A DNA stretch of 64,000 nucleotides, from NCBI GenBank assembly GCA_038496445.1, contig JALMLS010000344.1, positions 372,001 through 436,000 of the forward strand, read 5' to 3'. Source of the DNA: Trichosphaerium sp. ATCC 40318. Its lineage: Eukaryota > Protista > Tubulinea. Below the pieces are notes generated by a model. The model was not told where the DNA came from and did no database searches. It saw nothing but the letters and a program-made list of their open reading frames with translations. The translations under genes were made by a program, and so were the position numbers. Below, piece by piece: positions 24,585-35,900 of this stretch; position 1 is the first letter of the stretch, and each line of letters starts with the position of its first letter.

Positions 24585-26393
24585 ATGTCCTCAAAACAAA
24601 GAAAAAACAACTCCAACAACAAGGATTATGTAATCAAGGTAAACTAAACACAAGGCGGTTTATTTTAAGGTTATTACGTACTAAGACCATCTAGATCCCT
24701 CCATTCCACTACTTGCATCTTTTAAACACAAACAAGAACGTCACTCGCGTTGTAACTGGTCCACAAACGCTAACATGCTTGGAGGATGAACAAGGTACCC
24801 TACACGTCATTTACACTTAAAAAAAGGCGTCTGAGTACAGTTCACGCCTGTTTTCAAAGCTTTTTCAAGTAATTGTGTCTTTGACGTTGACAAGTTTTTT
24901 GCAGTCGTTCACGGGCCTGCGCACATGGTGGTAGTGCCACCACGCCATTATGTCATTGTAGACAATCCAGTAGTAACTACTGGAGACAAAGATGATAGCG
25001 GCCAACCAAAGGTATAGTGTATTTACACGCGTGTTACAAGTGTTAAAGTTTAAAAGGTCGTTATGGACACTTATGGTTCAGCAAAACTGAGGCATGGTGA
25101 CTCAGAAGTGCGCCTATCTGGTCAGCCGTTTCCTTTGTACCCAGGAGAAAAAATTTCAGGTTCTGTAAAGCCGTTAGTTATCGTAGCCGAAAACACAGCT
25201 CTACGCCTTCATGTGCGTATTTGTATAAGGTTTCTATTTCTAGAAGTTAACATCTGCCTAGGCATTGCGTACATTCGAGGATATTTACGCCCCAGACGGT
25301 CCCGAGTTACGCCAAGCTGGTACTGCGACTATATAACCTCAATACACGCTAAACGTACTCTCTAGGAGAGGTATGGCTCTTTTATGGTCCAGCCACGTAT
25401 ATCCCTCAAGTCCAAGTCGAGATGCTTCAAACCGTAAAAGCTGTTATATTGAGACCCCTACAAGGTGCATTTTAAACTTTTACAATAAACCAAAGTAATA
25501 TATTGACACTTTCAAGCCCTACAACTTCGTGCACGTGATGATTGTACTGATTGGAAGAATAAAGAAAGAAAGGCTGGTGAACAATGGCTAGTACAAACTA
25601 TTGGTGCCTACCTCCCACAAGCTAATGAAGAAATTGTAAAAACCATAACAGCCAAAGTATTGACACACAGTAAAGCGTACGAATTTATTATTTGTCTACA
25701 TCAACACTAATGGAGCTCAGAATTCACGTGCGCGCTGAGCGAACTTATACTGATAAAAACGGTATTGAGAGGAAGGCTGGTACAGAGTGGCTTGTGACTT
25801 CAGAAGACGCAACTACTTATATCCCAAGTGTTAATGAGGTACTAACCAAAAGCAAAGTAGTGCTTAAGCTGACTTTTGTTTGAAGACTATAACAAGAGAG
25901 ATAAACGCAACTACTATTCGCCAAAACCAATATGTTGTTATCAATGATCCAGTAGGAGAAGACGGTAAACCACAACTTGGTATGCGCAAGCTAGTCAGAG
26001 GACCTCGCAATTTGTTCTTGCAGCCAGGTGAAAGGCTTGAGGGCGGACACGTTAAAGCTATGTTTGTTCTGGATGCCGACACGTACGTTTATATTTATCA
26101 TAGTGCTTAAAGAATCTTTTTAACTTTTTTAAAGTGCTCTATTTGTAAGAGCAAAAGAAGAATTTGTTGACAGATATGGAGGTGGTTCTGTTAAAAGAAG
26201 ACCTGGTAATCGTTGGTATGTCTACGGACCAGGTGAATATTGCCCACCACTTGAAGTAGACGTACTACCAAAGCGCGCACGCGCTTTTGTAAGTGTTGAT
26301 GGTCTTGGATTGCATCTGTTTCATCCTGGCCAGTACGCTGGTTTGTTTCTCCTGTTTGCTATACTCTACATTTTGTACATTCGATACATGTAA
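24585..26393 (+). CDS. Truncated major vault protein (MVP) homolog: repeats R1-R7 plus C-terminal hydrophobic tail (~440 aa, 10 exons)
   Basis: IPPFHYLHLLNTNKNVTRVVTGPQT, VVPPRHYVIVDNPV, LRHGDSEVRL...PFPLYPGE, AGEVWLFYGPATYIP, RKAGEQWLV, RKAGTEWLVT, DPVGEDGKPQLG...FLQPGERLE and RPGNRWYVYGPGEYCPP are collinear with MVP R1-R7. They are followed by YAGLFLLFAILYILYIRYM* (TAA 26391-26393). Confidence 0.9.
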
Positions 26394-26534
26394 GTAACAA
26401 ACTAATAAAAGTGCAGTTGTTAGTTACAACACAAACAAGGTACACCTCGTATCATTGCAAAATAATCTCTGTTTTTCAATCGTGTCACAAACTAGTTTAG
26501 AAGTGTCGTTAACGCGCGTGCATTGAAAAAAACA

Positions 26535-26630
26535 CTATTTATAAGCGTTTAACACGATGTGCTGTTTTTTAGAATATTTACCAGTCAGAATATGTACACG
26601 TGACACGTTGTTAAATGCTTAAATAAATAG
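26535..26630. repeat. Degenerate inverted repeat between two convergent 3' ends
   Basis: CTATTTATAAGCGTTTAACACGATGTG (26535-26561) resembles the reverse complement of CACGTTGTTAAATGCTTAAATAAATAG (26604-26630). Confidence 0.4.
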
Positions 26631-26930
26631 CTGCACGTGCAAGAAATAACGTGTATTTTAATACTAATTCTTGAAGTACGAAATACTAACTAACGGTCAA
26701 AAGACAAAAATGGATTACTTCAAGCCGATAAGATAAATAAAACTAAAATCTGCTTTTTTTCGAACTGATTGCCAGTTTACTATCTTACACTACCAAAAAA
26801 AAGAAAAAAGAAAGAGAGGGTAAGGTTCTGAAGCAGTTTGCTTGTGCTTTTCTTCTTTGTAATATGTACAATTGTCGTGTTGTTTGTTTCTCGTTAAAAA
26901 TGAACAAAAAGGGTCGTTAAATATCTCTCG

Positions 26931-27686
26931 TCACTCGATAAAGTTGTTTCTGTAGGCAACACGGGCGCCTAGCATAAATACGACAAATAGCCAAACAGCA
27001 ACTTGCAGCATTAGCAATTTGTTCACGTTTTTGTAGGCAGATTTTCCAGACGACGACATGGCGTGTTCGTAATATTGGTGCCAACAACCTGATACGCGTC
27101 TTTCTAGCTCGTATTTGTGTTTGATGTCATCTTCTGCAGATTGAAGTTCTGATATCTTCTGTTTGCTTTGCTGTAGCAGGGATTCAAGCGTAACTCTGAA
27201 ATTTTTTTCTTGCTCGCGCGTTTTCCTTTCCACGTCTAATTCTGTTTGCAAATCTCTGCACTTATTTCTGTGCGTCTCGTTATCTTCTAGGGCACGGCGC
27301 AATTTCTCTTTTAGTTCTGCCATTTGTTGAGTTAATTCGTGTACCAAATGCTTTGCGTCTCCGGGCTTTCGTGGAGAAGCCTGAAAACCGGCGCCATTTG
27401 TTTTTGGTTTTTCTTGAGGTATTGGGCTCGAGTGCTCAGTGTGGTCCTTAGGCGCTTTGTCTGGAGATTTTAAAGCTTCTCCGCCAGCTCCTTGCCCTTC
27501 TTCTGCTGGTGGAGCCTTTTTTTTCGGTGTGTACCTAAACGCAGCCTTCTTCTTGCCCAGGAGTGAACGCAGTGATCCAGAGCGTTTTCCGCCTCCTTGG
27601 GACGGATCTGCATCAGAACCTTCTAATAGAGAATTGGCGACCAATGAGCCTGTTCGCTTACCTAACCGCGCGTAACGGGACGCCAT
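26931..27686 (-). CDS. Intronless coiled-coil protein with C-terminal transmembrane (tail) anchor
   Basis: 251-aa ORF with a disordered N-terminus, a heptad-rich coiled coil (LTQQMAELKEKLRRALEDNE...) and a hydrophobic helix LLMLQVAVWLFVVFMLGA near the C-terminus. Confidence 0.75.
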   Translation of the reverse strand: MASRYARLGKRTGSLVANSLLEGSDADPSQGGGKRSGSLRSLLGKKKAAFRYTPKKKAPPAEEGQGAGGEALKSPDKAPKDHTEHSSPIPQEKPKTNGAGFQASPRKPGDAKHLVHELTQQMAELKEKLRRALEDNETHRNKCRDLQTELDVERKTREQEKNFRVTLESLLQQSKQKISELQSAEDDIKHKYELERRVSGCWHQYYEHAMSSSGKSAYKNVNKLLMLQVAVWLFVVFMLGARVAYRNNFIE

Positions 27687-28049
27687 CTCCTATGTTTATT
27701 GTTTGTCTAACGGCTTAATACTTTTTTTTTGCGTAAAGACTAAGTGATCTCCCTCCTTAATACAAACAGGCTCAGATTCTAGTGCGCTGCTACGCGAATA
27801 CCAGAATATTTAAGTACAGTAATTGTGCCAAGTCTGTTTTTGTTTTTTAGGCAAAATGCTTAAATGGGTGCAAACGCTACAATTGAACCTCTGAAGGATA
27901 TTCTAGCAATCCTCTCGCGATACGCGCACATTTGACAATAAAATAACGGCACGTGTAAATTGGAAAACAACAATAACGAAGTGCTCGTATTTTGAGTCGT
28001 GACGCCGATTCTCTCTGAGGTAGGCAAAATACGCAACAATAATTTACTT

Positions 28050-30137
28050 TTATACACTACCATAGTTTTCCACCATGCCTCCCAATTTAGGTGCGCCTTC
28101 AATCTCACGATTGAGCCTATCGAAAGAGTAAGGGTTCAAACGCAAGTCTAGAAAAAACGTAAGGGTAAAGACAAAAAAAAAGGTAACGGTGCCTGGTTTA
28201 AAATGAGTTTGATCAAAAGTCTGCTTGGCACGTTTCACCAGCTTTTTGTCGTCTCTTTGAGGCGTGGGTAATGCGCGACTTTCTGACCTGTCTACAGCAC
28301 TTGAGACGTTCGTAGCACTCGCAGGTGTAACATCTACTACAACAGGCTCCTTTGGTTTGTTTGGTACTGGCAAAGGCTTTTTAGATTTCTTTGTAGGAGA
28401 TAGTGGCGCTGCTTTTTCTGCTTTTGGACTGGGCAAAGGTTTCTCACCTTTTGGTGGGCTTGGCAGGGGTTTCTCAGCAAGTGACGCTTTGGACGTCTTG
28501 GTTAGTTTTCTAGAAGAGGAAGGCTTCTTTTGTTTTTTAGTACTATCTTTTGCTTTGGTGCTCGAGTTAGAGTCCGCTGATTCTGTGCTAATAGACAGGG
28601 ACAGAGATAATGGAGGTGACGTTGGGCTAGCAACCAAGTAAGCAAGTATGCATGAGAGACTTTAATTACCTGGTGGGCCTACGCTTTGGAGACATAGATC
28701 GGGGAGCACGGAGTGAAGGAGCTGGAGGAAGTCGAGGCGAAGGCTTTTTAGGCTTAGTTTTAGTGCCTTTAGTACTCTTTGGCTTTGTTGCTCTTGGAGA
28801 CTCTTTGTTTGGTTTTGTGCCTTTTGACGATGCTCTTTTTGGTTTTGTAGATGCCCTCTTTGAATTTGCTTTCACTGGTGGAGCTGGTGACGCTTTCTTT
28901 GGCCTGACTGATTTCCGAACAGACTTCTTTGCATTCCTACAGCACATTAAACACAAAAAAAAATTAGTTGCTTACTTTGATTGCCATTCAAGAGGAGTTG
29001 GCACTCCAGGGAATAGCTCCTTGCCGCCAGTGAACCCGTCATCACAATGCCACTCACCACCAATTAGTTGGCAATAAGTAGGTAAAGCTTTCCACACGAC
29101 TACACCAGATACAGTTCCAACTTTTTCTTGGTTGCCGTCCCTATCATTAACATTAATTTTAATTGCATAACCTTTGTGGGTGTACTTTAGTCGTGTCGTA
29201 AATGAAGCCTTCTCTGGTGCAAGTACATTGCACACTTTAAGAGAACCCTTTGCGCCTATAACGGCGTTTTGACCAGGCGCTCTCTTGCCATTGTCTGCCT
29301 TTACTAAAAAGTCAATGGTTGCATCACCAAGTTCAGCGAGTGTAGTCAAGAGACTAATCTCTTTACAGGACATATGACCGTTCTCATTTTCGCATTTTTG
29401 AGGAGATTTTGTCATGTGCCATTTTGTGTCACTTTGTACTTGTTAGTTGCATTGTTATCGAGTACTAGCCGTTATACAATAACTTACATTGATAGCTTGT
29501 AGGATACATATAGGTTGTCCTTTGATACGCCGTCGGAAGGTAGAATTTTTAGTTTTTCAAAATTTAATTCGGCTTTAGATTCATGACGAAGTTGTAAATT
29601 AAATCTGAGTGTTGCAACGCGTTTGTTTGCATCCTAGCCAATTATAAGTTTGTGGGAGGATTTTGTAGCATCTTTTTTTGAAATTTACTTGCATTGTGAA
29701 GTTCCATAGTGTACTTAGGTGGCCCTGTCGCCAAGAGGTGAAGGTTTAGTTCTCCCTTACCTATTATTGTTAGTTGTGTATTGATTTATGTGCACTTGCC
29801 AACACAACGCCCTGACTTGGCTTCATTGCATTCAAATACGCACGCCTTCTTTTGTAGAGCGGAAGCATACTTTGTTTCGTAATGAAAGGTGTTTTCGGTG
29901 TCATACTCGGGTTTGAGGCCTTTAAGACGTTACTTGTTGCATTAGAAGTGGTTTGTACTCTGCTTTACTGTCGAAGTTTTAAACCGTTGATAATTATCGA
30001 AATTTACTCTCACAAATGTATTTAAGGGTTCCGTCCTGTTGTAGGTTAAGACATTTGGTGCAAAAATACTCTTACACTTCATCACAACAAGTAAAATCTA
30101 CGCATATACTGCTTATAGCACAACTGAAGTTTGCCAT
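28050..30137 (-). CDS. C2-like domain protein with K/P/S-rich low-complexity C-terminal half
   Basis: MANFSCAISSIC...NTFVRVNFDNYQRFKTSTVKQSLKPEY...FHYETKY...LLATGP is a C2-like beta-sandwich pattern. It continues through ORFs 28972-29415, 28666-28956 and 28050-28637 (KPLPSPP repeats). Confidence 0.6.
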
Positions 30138-30228
30138 TGCGTTATACTTGGATCATTGATGCTAAATCCAATTTGGTGCGTGTAATTAGTAAACTCTAGT
30201 CAAAAACAATTTTACAATATCTGTAACA

Positions 30229-31249
30229 ATGGACATGCCTGATCTCTTTGCTTCGTTTGATGGCGGCGACGATAATGACAACGCTGAAGAACCACCTAAC
30301 AATGCGCCAGAAACCACTCCAAGTACTGACGTAATGGCACCTCCAGCTGCGAAGAGACCAAAACTCGAACACGTACGTTATTTTATTGCAAAATAATTCT
30401 GCAAAGTGTTTTTATAGATGCTCTGTTTACCTTTGAGCGCTACAGAGCATAGTACATTAGCCTTAGAGGCTTACAACACAAGATCGCTTGACACTTGTCT
30501 CATAAAGATTTAGACTCCACAAGAAACACCAGCAGTTGTCGATAAAGAAAAAGACGAGGTAATGGATGATTATGAACAAGACGACTTTGACGACGAAGAT
30601 GAGGGTGCGAATACTATTGCATGGTATAATTAACTCCAACTAGAGGAAGAGTCAAGTGAGCACATTGGCGAAACGCCAGAAGAAAGAAAAAGGCGTTTAC
30701 GTGGTAAAAAGATGTTGTGCGTCTGCATTTTAAGCGTAATTAAACGCATTCTCATAAATCTAAAGGGCAATTCTGTCTCAATTTACACCAGAACAACTTG
30801 ATCGCTATGAGCATTATAGACGCTCAGCGTTTGATAAGAAAGACATTGCAGCAGTACGCTTTTTGTCAAAATGGGTTTTCACATTTTTTTCATAAACATC
30901 AATCATGATTTTCCATTGATGTCACTCTTCTTACTCACTAATGTCGCTCTTTTTTACTTACATTGTATACTTTAGATAATGTCTAAAGTTACAAAAACAC
31001 CTGTAAAACCTCTTACAGCTAGTGTAATGTGTGGTATTGTAAAGTTGTATATTGGAGAAGTTGTTGAAACAGCAAGAAAAGTAATGGGAGAATGGGATCA
31101 TACAGGTCCAATCAGACCTATTCATTTACGGTAACCTTTTTGTCAGTATGATATCTCAACTAATCATTGTACTTAGTGAAGCTTACAGGCGCCTGGTCGC
31201 TCAAAATAAAGTACCACAGCAAAATACACAAGCCCTATTTCGCGTGTGA
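30229..31249 (+). CDS. TAF11: Transcription initiation factor TFIID subunit 11
   Basis: Acidic N-terminus, then FTPEQLDRYEHYRRSAF...VMCGIVKLYIGEVVETARKVMGEW...GPIRPIHLREAYRRL (TAFII28 histone fold). Confidence 0.92.
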
Positions 31250-31522
31250 TGTACCTTATCAAAAAAATAATGTAAAATAGTAAATTGCAAAAAAGCATAA
31301 ACAAGGTTGCTGTTCCTTATGAGCCATGTCAATTAATGGTAGCGAGCTACCTAATGCTCACTTTTCGTCTTATGTAACCATTGATCAGTTCCTATACAAT
31401 TCTGATTTCAATTAAACGTTGTATGAAATTTTGACACGTGTCAAAGTATTTTCTTTGTTCAAAAAATCACATCACTTTTCCTGCACAACGTAACTCAGCG
31501 TATCCAATTGTACTCTACCTCA

Positions 31523-32555
31523 ATGGCCAATATACAAAGCGATGACACAAGCTCTCGTTTCCTTAAAACACTACCAGTAGAGCTTATTATTACAGTTTTT
31601 GAACACACCAATTAAAACACGATATCCTGTGGCTCAGACATGCTGGCTATTCCATGACATTATTCATAGATATGTCGGTTACGGTACAATCAATATTAGA
31701 TCAACGGAGTCCTTAAAGCGTTTAATCAACCATAAATTGCTGTTAAACAATACGTTCGTATCAATCGGGAACTGCAAAGCCACAGACCAGGAAATATGTT
31801 CATTGGTAGGTGCTAAAAAATTATCACTATGGAAATTGGAAGTGAGTGACAAGTGCCTTGAGGCACTTGCTGGTGTTGAGGAAATATATATATTAAAGTG
31901 CCCATGTATTACGAATGAAGGTGTACGATTATTGTCAGGTGTACATACGATAGATCTGAGCGATATGAAACAGCTGACAGACAAATCATTGGAAGCTTTT
32001 GCAGGTGCGCACACAGTAGATATTTCAGGCTGTACTCGTATCACTGATGAAGGATTACAATCACTTGCTGGCGTTCACCGGATAAATATAAGCTCTTGTA
32101 AAGTTACTGATGTTGGTGTTAAAGCACTTGCTGGAGCTCATACAATAGGAATGTCTTGGTGTGCCAATATTGATGGTTCTTGTTTTGAGCACTTGGTTAA
32201 AACAAAAACCAGGAAAGGTTTGCATACAATTAGCCTTGTTCAGACTCCAGTAACAGATAAAACTATCAAAGCACTTGCTGGAGTTCATACTATTTCCTTA
32301 GCTAGATGTGAAAATATCACAGATGAAGGTGTTATTCATCTTGCTGGTGTACACAAGATATCTTTAAATTTCTGTTTCAGGATAACAGATAGAGGCATTA
32401 AGGCTCTTGCAGGTGTTCATACAATCGATATAAAGGGTTGTTCTCTTGTAACAAATGAAGGGATAGCAGCTCTTAAAGGTGTTTTTAAAATTTGGATCTA
32501 TGGTACACAGTGCACACAGGCTGCTGTCGAAGCACTTATGGCACAACGTAGATGA
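31523..32555 (+). CDS. Intronless F-box + cysteine-containing LRR protein, frameshifted in the F-box (error or pseudogene)
   Basis: ATG 31523 reads ...LPVELIITVF then stops. The +1 frame (ORF 31599-32555) continues NTPIKTRYPVAQTCWLFHDII and carries about 9 repeats of LAGVHTIDISGCxxITDEGxxA. Confidence 0.75.
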
Positions 32556-32919
32556 TTTTTTCTACCATTAGAGTTAAACTGCCATGTCAAGTAAACATTA
32601 TTTTGTGTGGAAGAAATAGCAAGTAACTAATTTTTTTTTCCTGAATGATACCCTTGGGTTCATTTTCGTGAGGGTCTTTACCTTCTTCTCTATTCTACCT
32701 AATTTTCTAGTGTTGCTATAACATTTTCTTTTACTTCTATTCACGTGTCATGAGGGTAATTTCGTGCCAAAAAGATCTACAAAATGATGATTTCAGATTC
32801 AATGGATTTCATCCTTTTATTTAGTGGCTGAAGGGCGGCGTGCTCTTGCAACTTATTTACAGCTTTCTTTAAGGAAAAGCAGGCATGGGCACGCGTATAT
32901 TCACCATACAACTACGTAT

Positions 32920-35900
32920 TTACAAATTTTGTCTGTCCTTCAACTTTGAGGAGAGAAAGGCGTTGATCTCCTGCTTTAACTTGGTATCTGGTTTCAGCAT
33001 ATCCTTGGTTAATTTTTGCCTTTTATCATAGTAAGTAATAGAAGAATAGGAATTTTTTATTGTGATGAACAAAATATCAAGGGGTTTTTTTGTTCATCAC
33101 AAAAAAAAAGAACGGCTGTACCTATTGAAAGGATCTGTTTGATCGGACAACAGATGTCGTGTAATTGTGGCACGGTCAACAGTCATTTTAGATGAAGGTA
33201 AAATAACGGGATCTTTCATGAGCGTCTGAAGAATTGGATCTACAAGCAAGATTAACAACAGAAAGAAAAAAAGCAAAAAAACAAAGACTGAAAAAGAGCA
33301 TACCCAAGAATTGTGGTGGAATATCACCCAACTTGTCTTCAATATCCTGTTGCTGTTGAGCAATACCTTGTACATTATGTACAAAAGCCTCAAATTGATC
33401 CGAAAGTGCCTTAACAAATATTTAAGTAACGAGCAAACAGTAATTGAAAAAAAAGTTACCGAAGAAAGTAAATGCTTTGACTTTATGATTCCAGATGCCT
33501 TCAAAAATACTTCATGGCTGTAACTCCTAAAAACAAAATAGTATTAGTTTGAGTACAACACCCTCTAGAACAAGAATACGCCGAATATATTACCTTCCGT
33601 CTCTTGCAACAGACTCAGCGAATGCTGTGTTTGTTGATAAATGTAAATAAATACCAGCGATTCTTGTAAGAAGCCATTTAGGATCCCAGTTGTACTTGGC
33701 AGCGTTTTTAACAGAAAGCTCTTTCTGATTTCTTCCACATATCTTTACTAAAAAGTAATCGAGCATAGAAGCCATCCTACAAAAGATGTTAAGCCAGCAG
33801 AAGTAACATTGGTTTTTTTTTCACAAAAAGAATAGGAAAAGAGAATTGTACCTATCACATAGTTCTTCTCGTGTGAATGGTTCAGGAATGTCTTCAGACA
33901 TGTAATGAAGCATGATAATTGTTTCACGAGAAAGAAGCATATATGTCTTGGTTTGTCGTTGCAGACTTTCTAATTCACGCTCTTTATCACGTCTTTGCTC
34001 CTTTTTTAAAGTAATAAGACATACGAAAAAAAACGTGATCATGATTTTTTTTTCCTTTCTTACCTCTGAAAGAGACACCCATACTTTGTTCTCCTTCTCG
34101 TCAGTAAGATGTTTAATTTTAGCTAGTTTTGATAGGGATTCATCAAGTAGAAAGATAGAATCGTTCAGAAGCATATTCACAAACGTTACAAATCTTGTAG
34201 CATCTCTAAAGCAACCAGTGATTAGTTCATCTCTTTTTCAAAAACAAAAAAGTTAAAAAATGAAAGATACTCACTTAGACTCCTTTATAAATCTAGCATG
34301 ATGTTTTGGTTGTTTCCATAGGTATTTTATTACCAACGCTGCGTAGTATCGAGAGTTGAATTTATCATAGAACTGATTTGAAGCTAATTTTCATAAATTA
34401 GAATTTAGAGCTACTGGATGGTAATTAATAGAGATTACGTACATCCTGTGCGTTCAATATCAATATAAAATTGTACTAAACCACCAGGCAAGTGTTGACA
34501 ACAAGCTTCATTCCGTTCGAAAATATTAAACAATCCATAGAATTTTTCACCAATGTTTGAAGGCATAAGAGCCATAAACGTCTTTACAAAAACTATGTTT
34601 AGCACGTGACATTAAAAAAACAAAAAAAAAAAGTGTATCGTACCTCTACTAATTTTCCTCGTAAATAAGGATTATTGATGCAGTTCTTGTTGGTCATAAA
34701 TGTCACCATAAATGTCAAGAATTCGTCCATTGGTCGATTTCTTAGCAGTTCTTTGTTGTGCCTTGCACTGAATTGCAAAAACTCGGCGACATTACTAACC
34801 AGATGCTCAGGCATATATGCAATAACTTCATTTGCACAACCAGATGGTGTCTACACCAAAAAAGTGAGAAGGAAGTCAAATAAAATAAAAACGAGGTAAA
34901 GAAAAGCAACTACGTACACCAATGCTGAGTACATGTTTGGATAAAAACACGGCCAACAGCCTGTATATTTGGAATGATAGATCCATTATATTCTTCTCAA
35001 GTAAGTGCGCTTCATAACACAATCTGAACGTGATAAGAACAATAACAATACGTTAAACAATCACTTCTTACCTGTGACTATTCATTTCATTCAAACTCAT
35101 CTCAAGCTTTTTAAGCGCATCGTTGTGTATTGGAGTGCTAACGCCAAGGGACTTGAATGCTTCAAATCTTGCTTTTGCGTCATTGTACGCACGCATGTGA
35201 TTCGCATAGCGTTTGAAGACAGGTAATACACCCTTGTTTTACATTATAAGAACAAAAGGGAAAAATCAAGCAAAATTAAAAAAAAACGTAGGAACCGGCG
35301 TACCAAATGCAATGCGCGCAATGTCAAGAAAAAGCACTCAGTTATAAAATTAGGAGTCTTTGGTAACTCGTTTGAGTCAATGTTCATCGCTGAATCGATC
35401 TCACTTCTACGATTCGTTTTATATTCTTTGGCGTCTTCTTCTTTCATAGCAAGGTGAGTATCATTTGCAGTGTCAATTCTGTCAGATTTTATCAGGTACT
35501 CAGGATCGATTAATTTCATCTGTAGGTATTTTAAATAGGTGTTCAGAGTTACTTTTCAAGGTACCTTTGCTCCTCGCGGATCTAGGAACGGACTACAAAG
35601 CCTTAAAAGCACAGCAGAAAAGTTGAGCATGAATCCATCACTACTGACAGTAACACGATCTACTGACATTTTTATGCGATCCACGTTACGTTCAAGTACT
35701 GCAGCAACCCAATCCAACACTCCAGCGCGATTTTCTTTACTTTTAAGTAGAGTTCTAATAATTTGATGCATATAATTTTGAGCCTTTGATATTCTTGTTC
35801 TAATCTGAGATAATGCAGTCTCCTCGTTTAATTGTACGCTAGGATCAGCAAAAAATTTGTCTCTGATCAAAGGCTTGGGCAAAATGTAAGTAAATAACCA

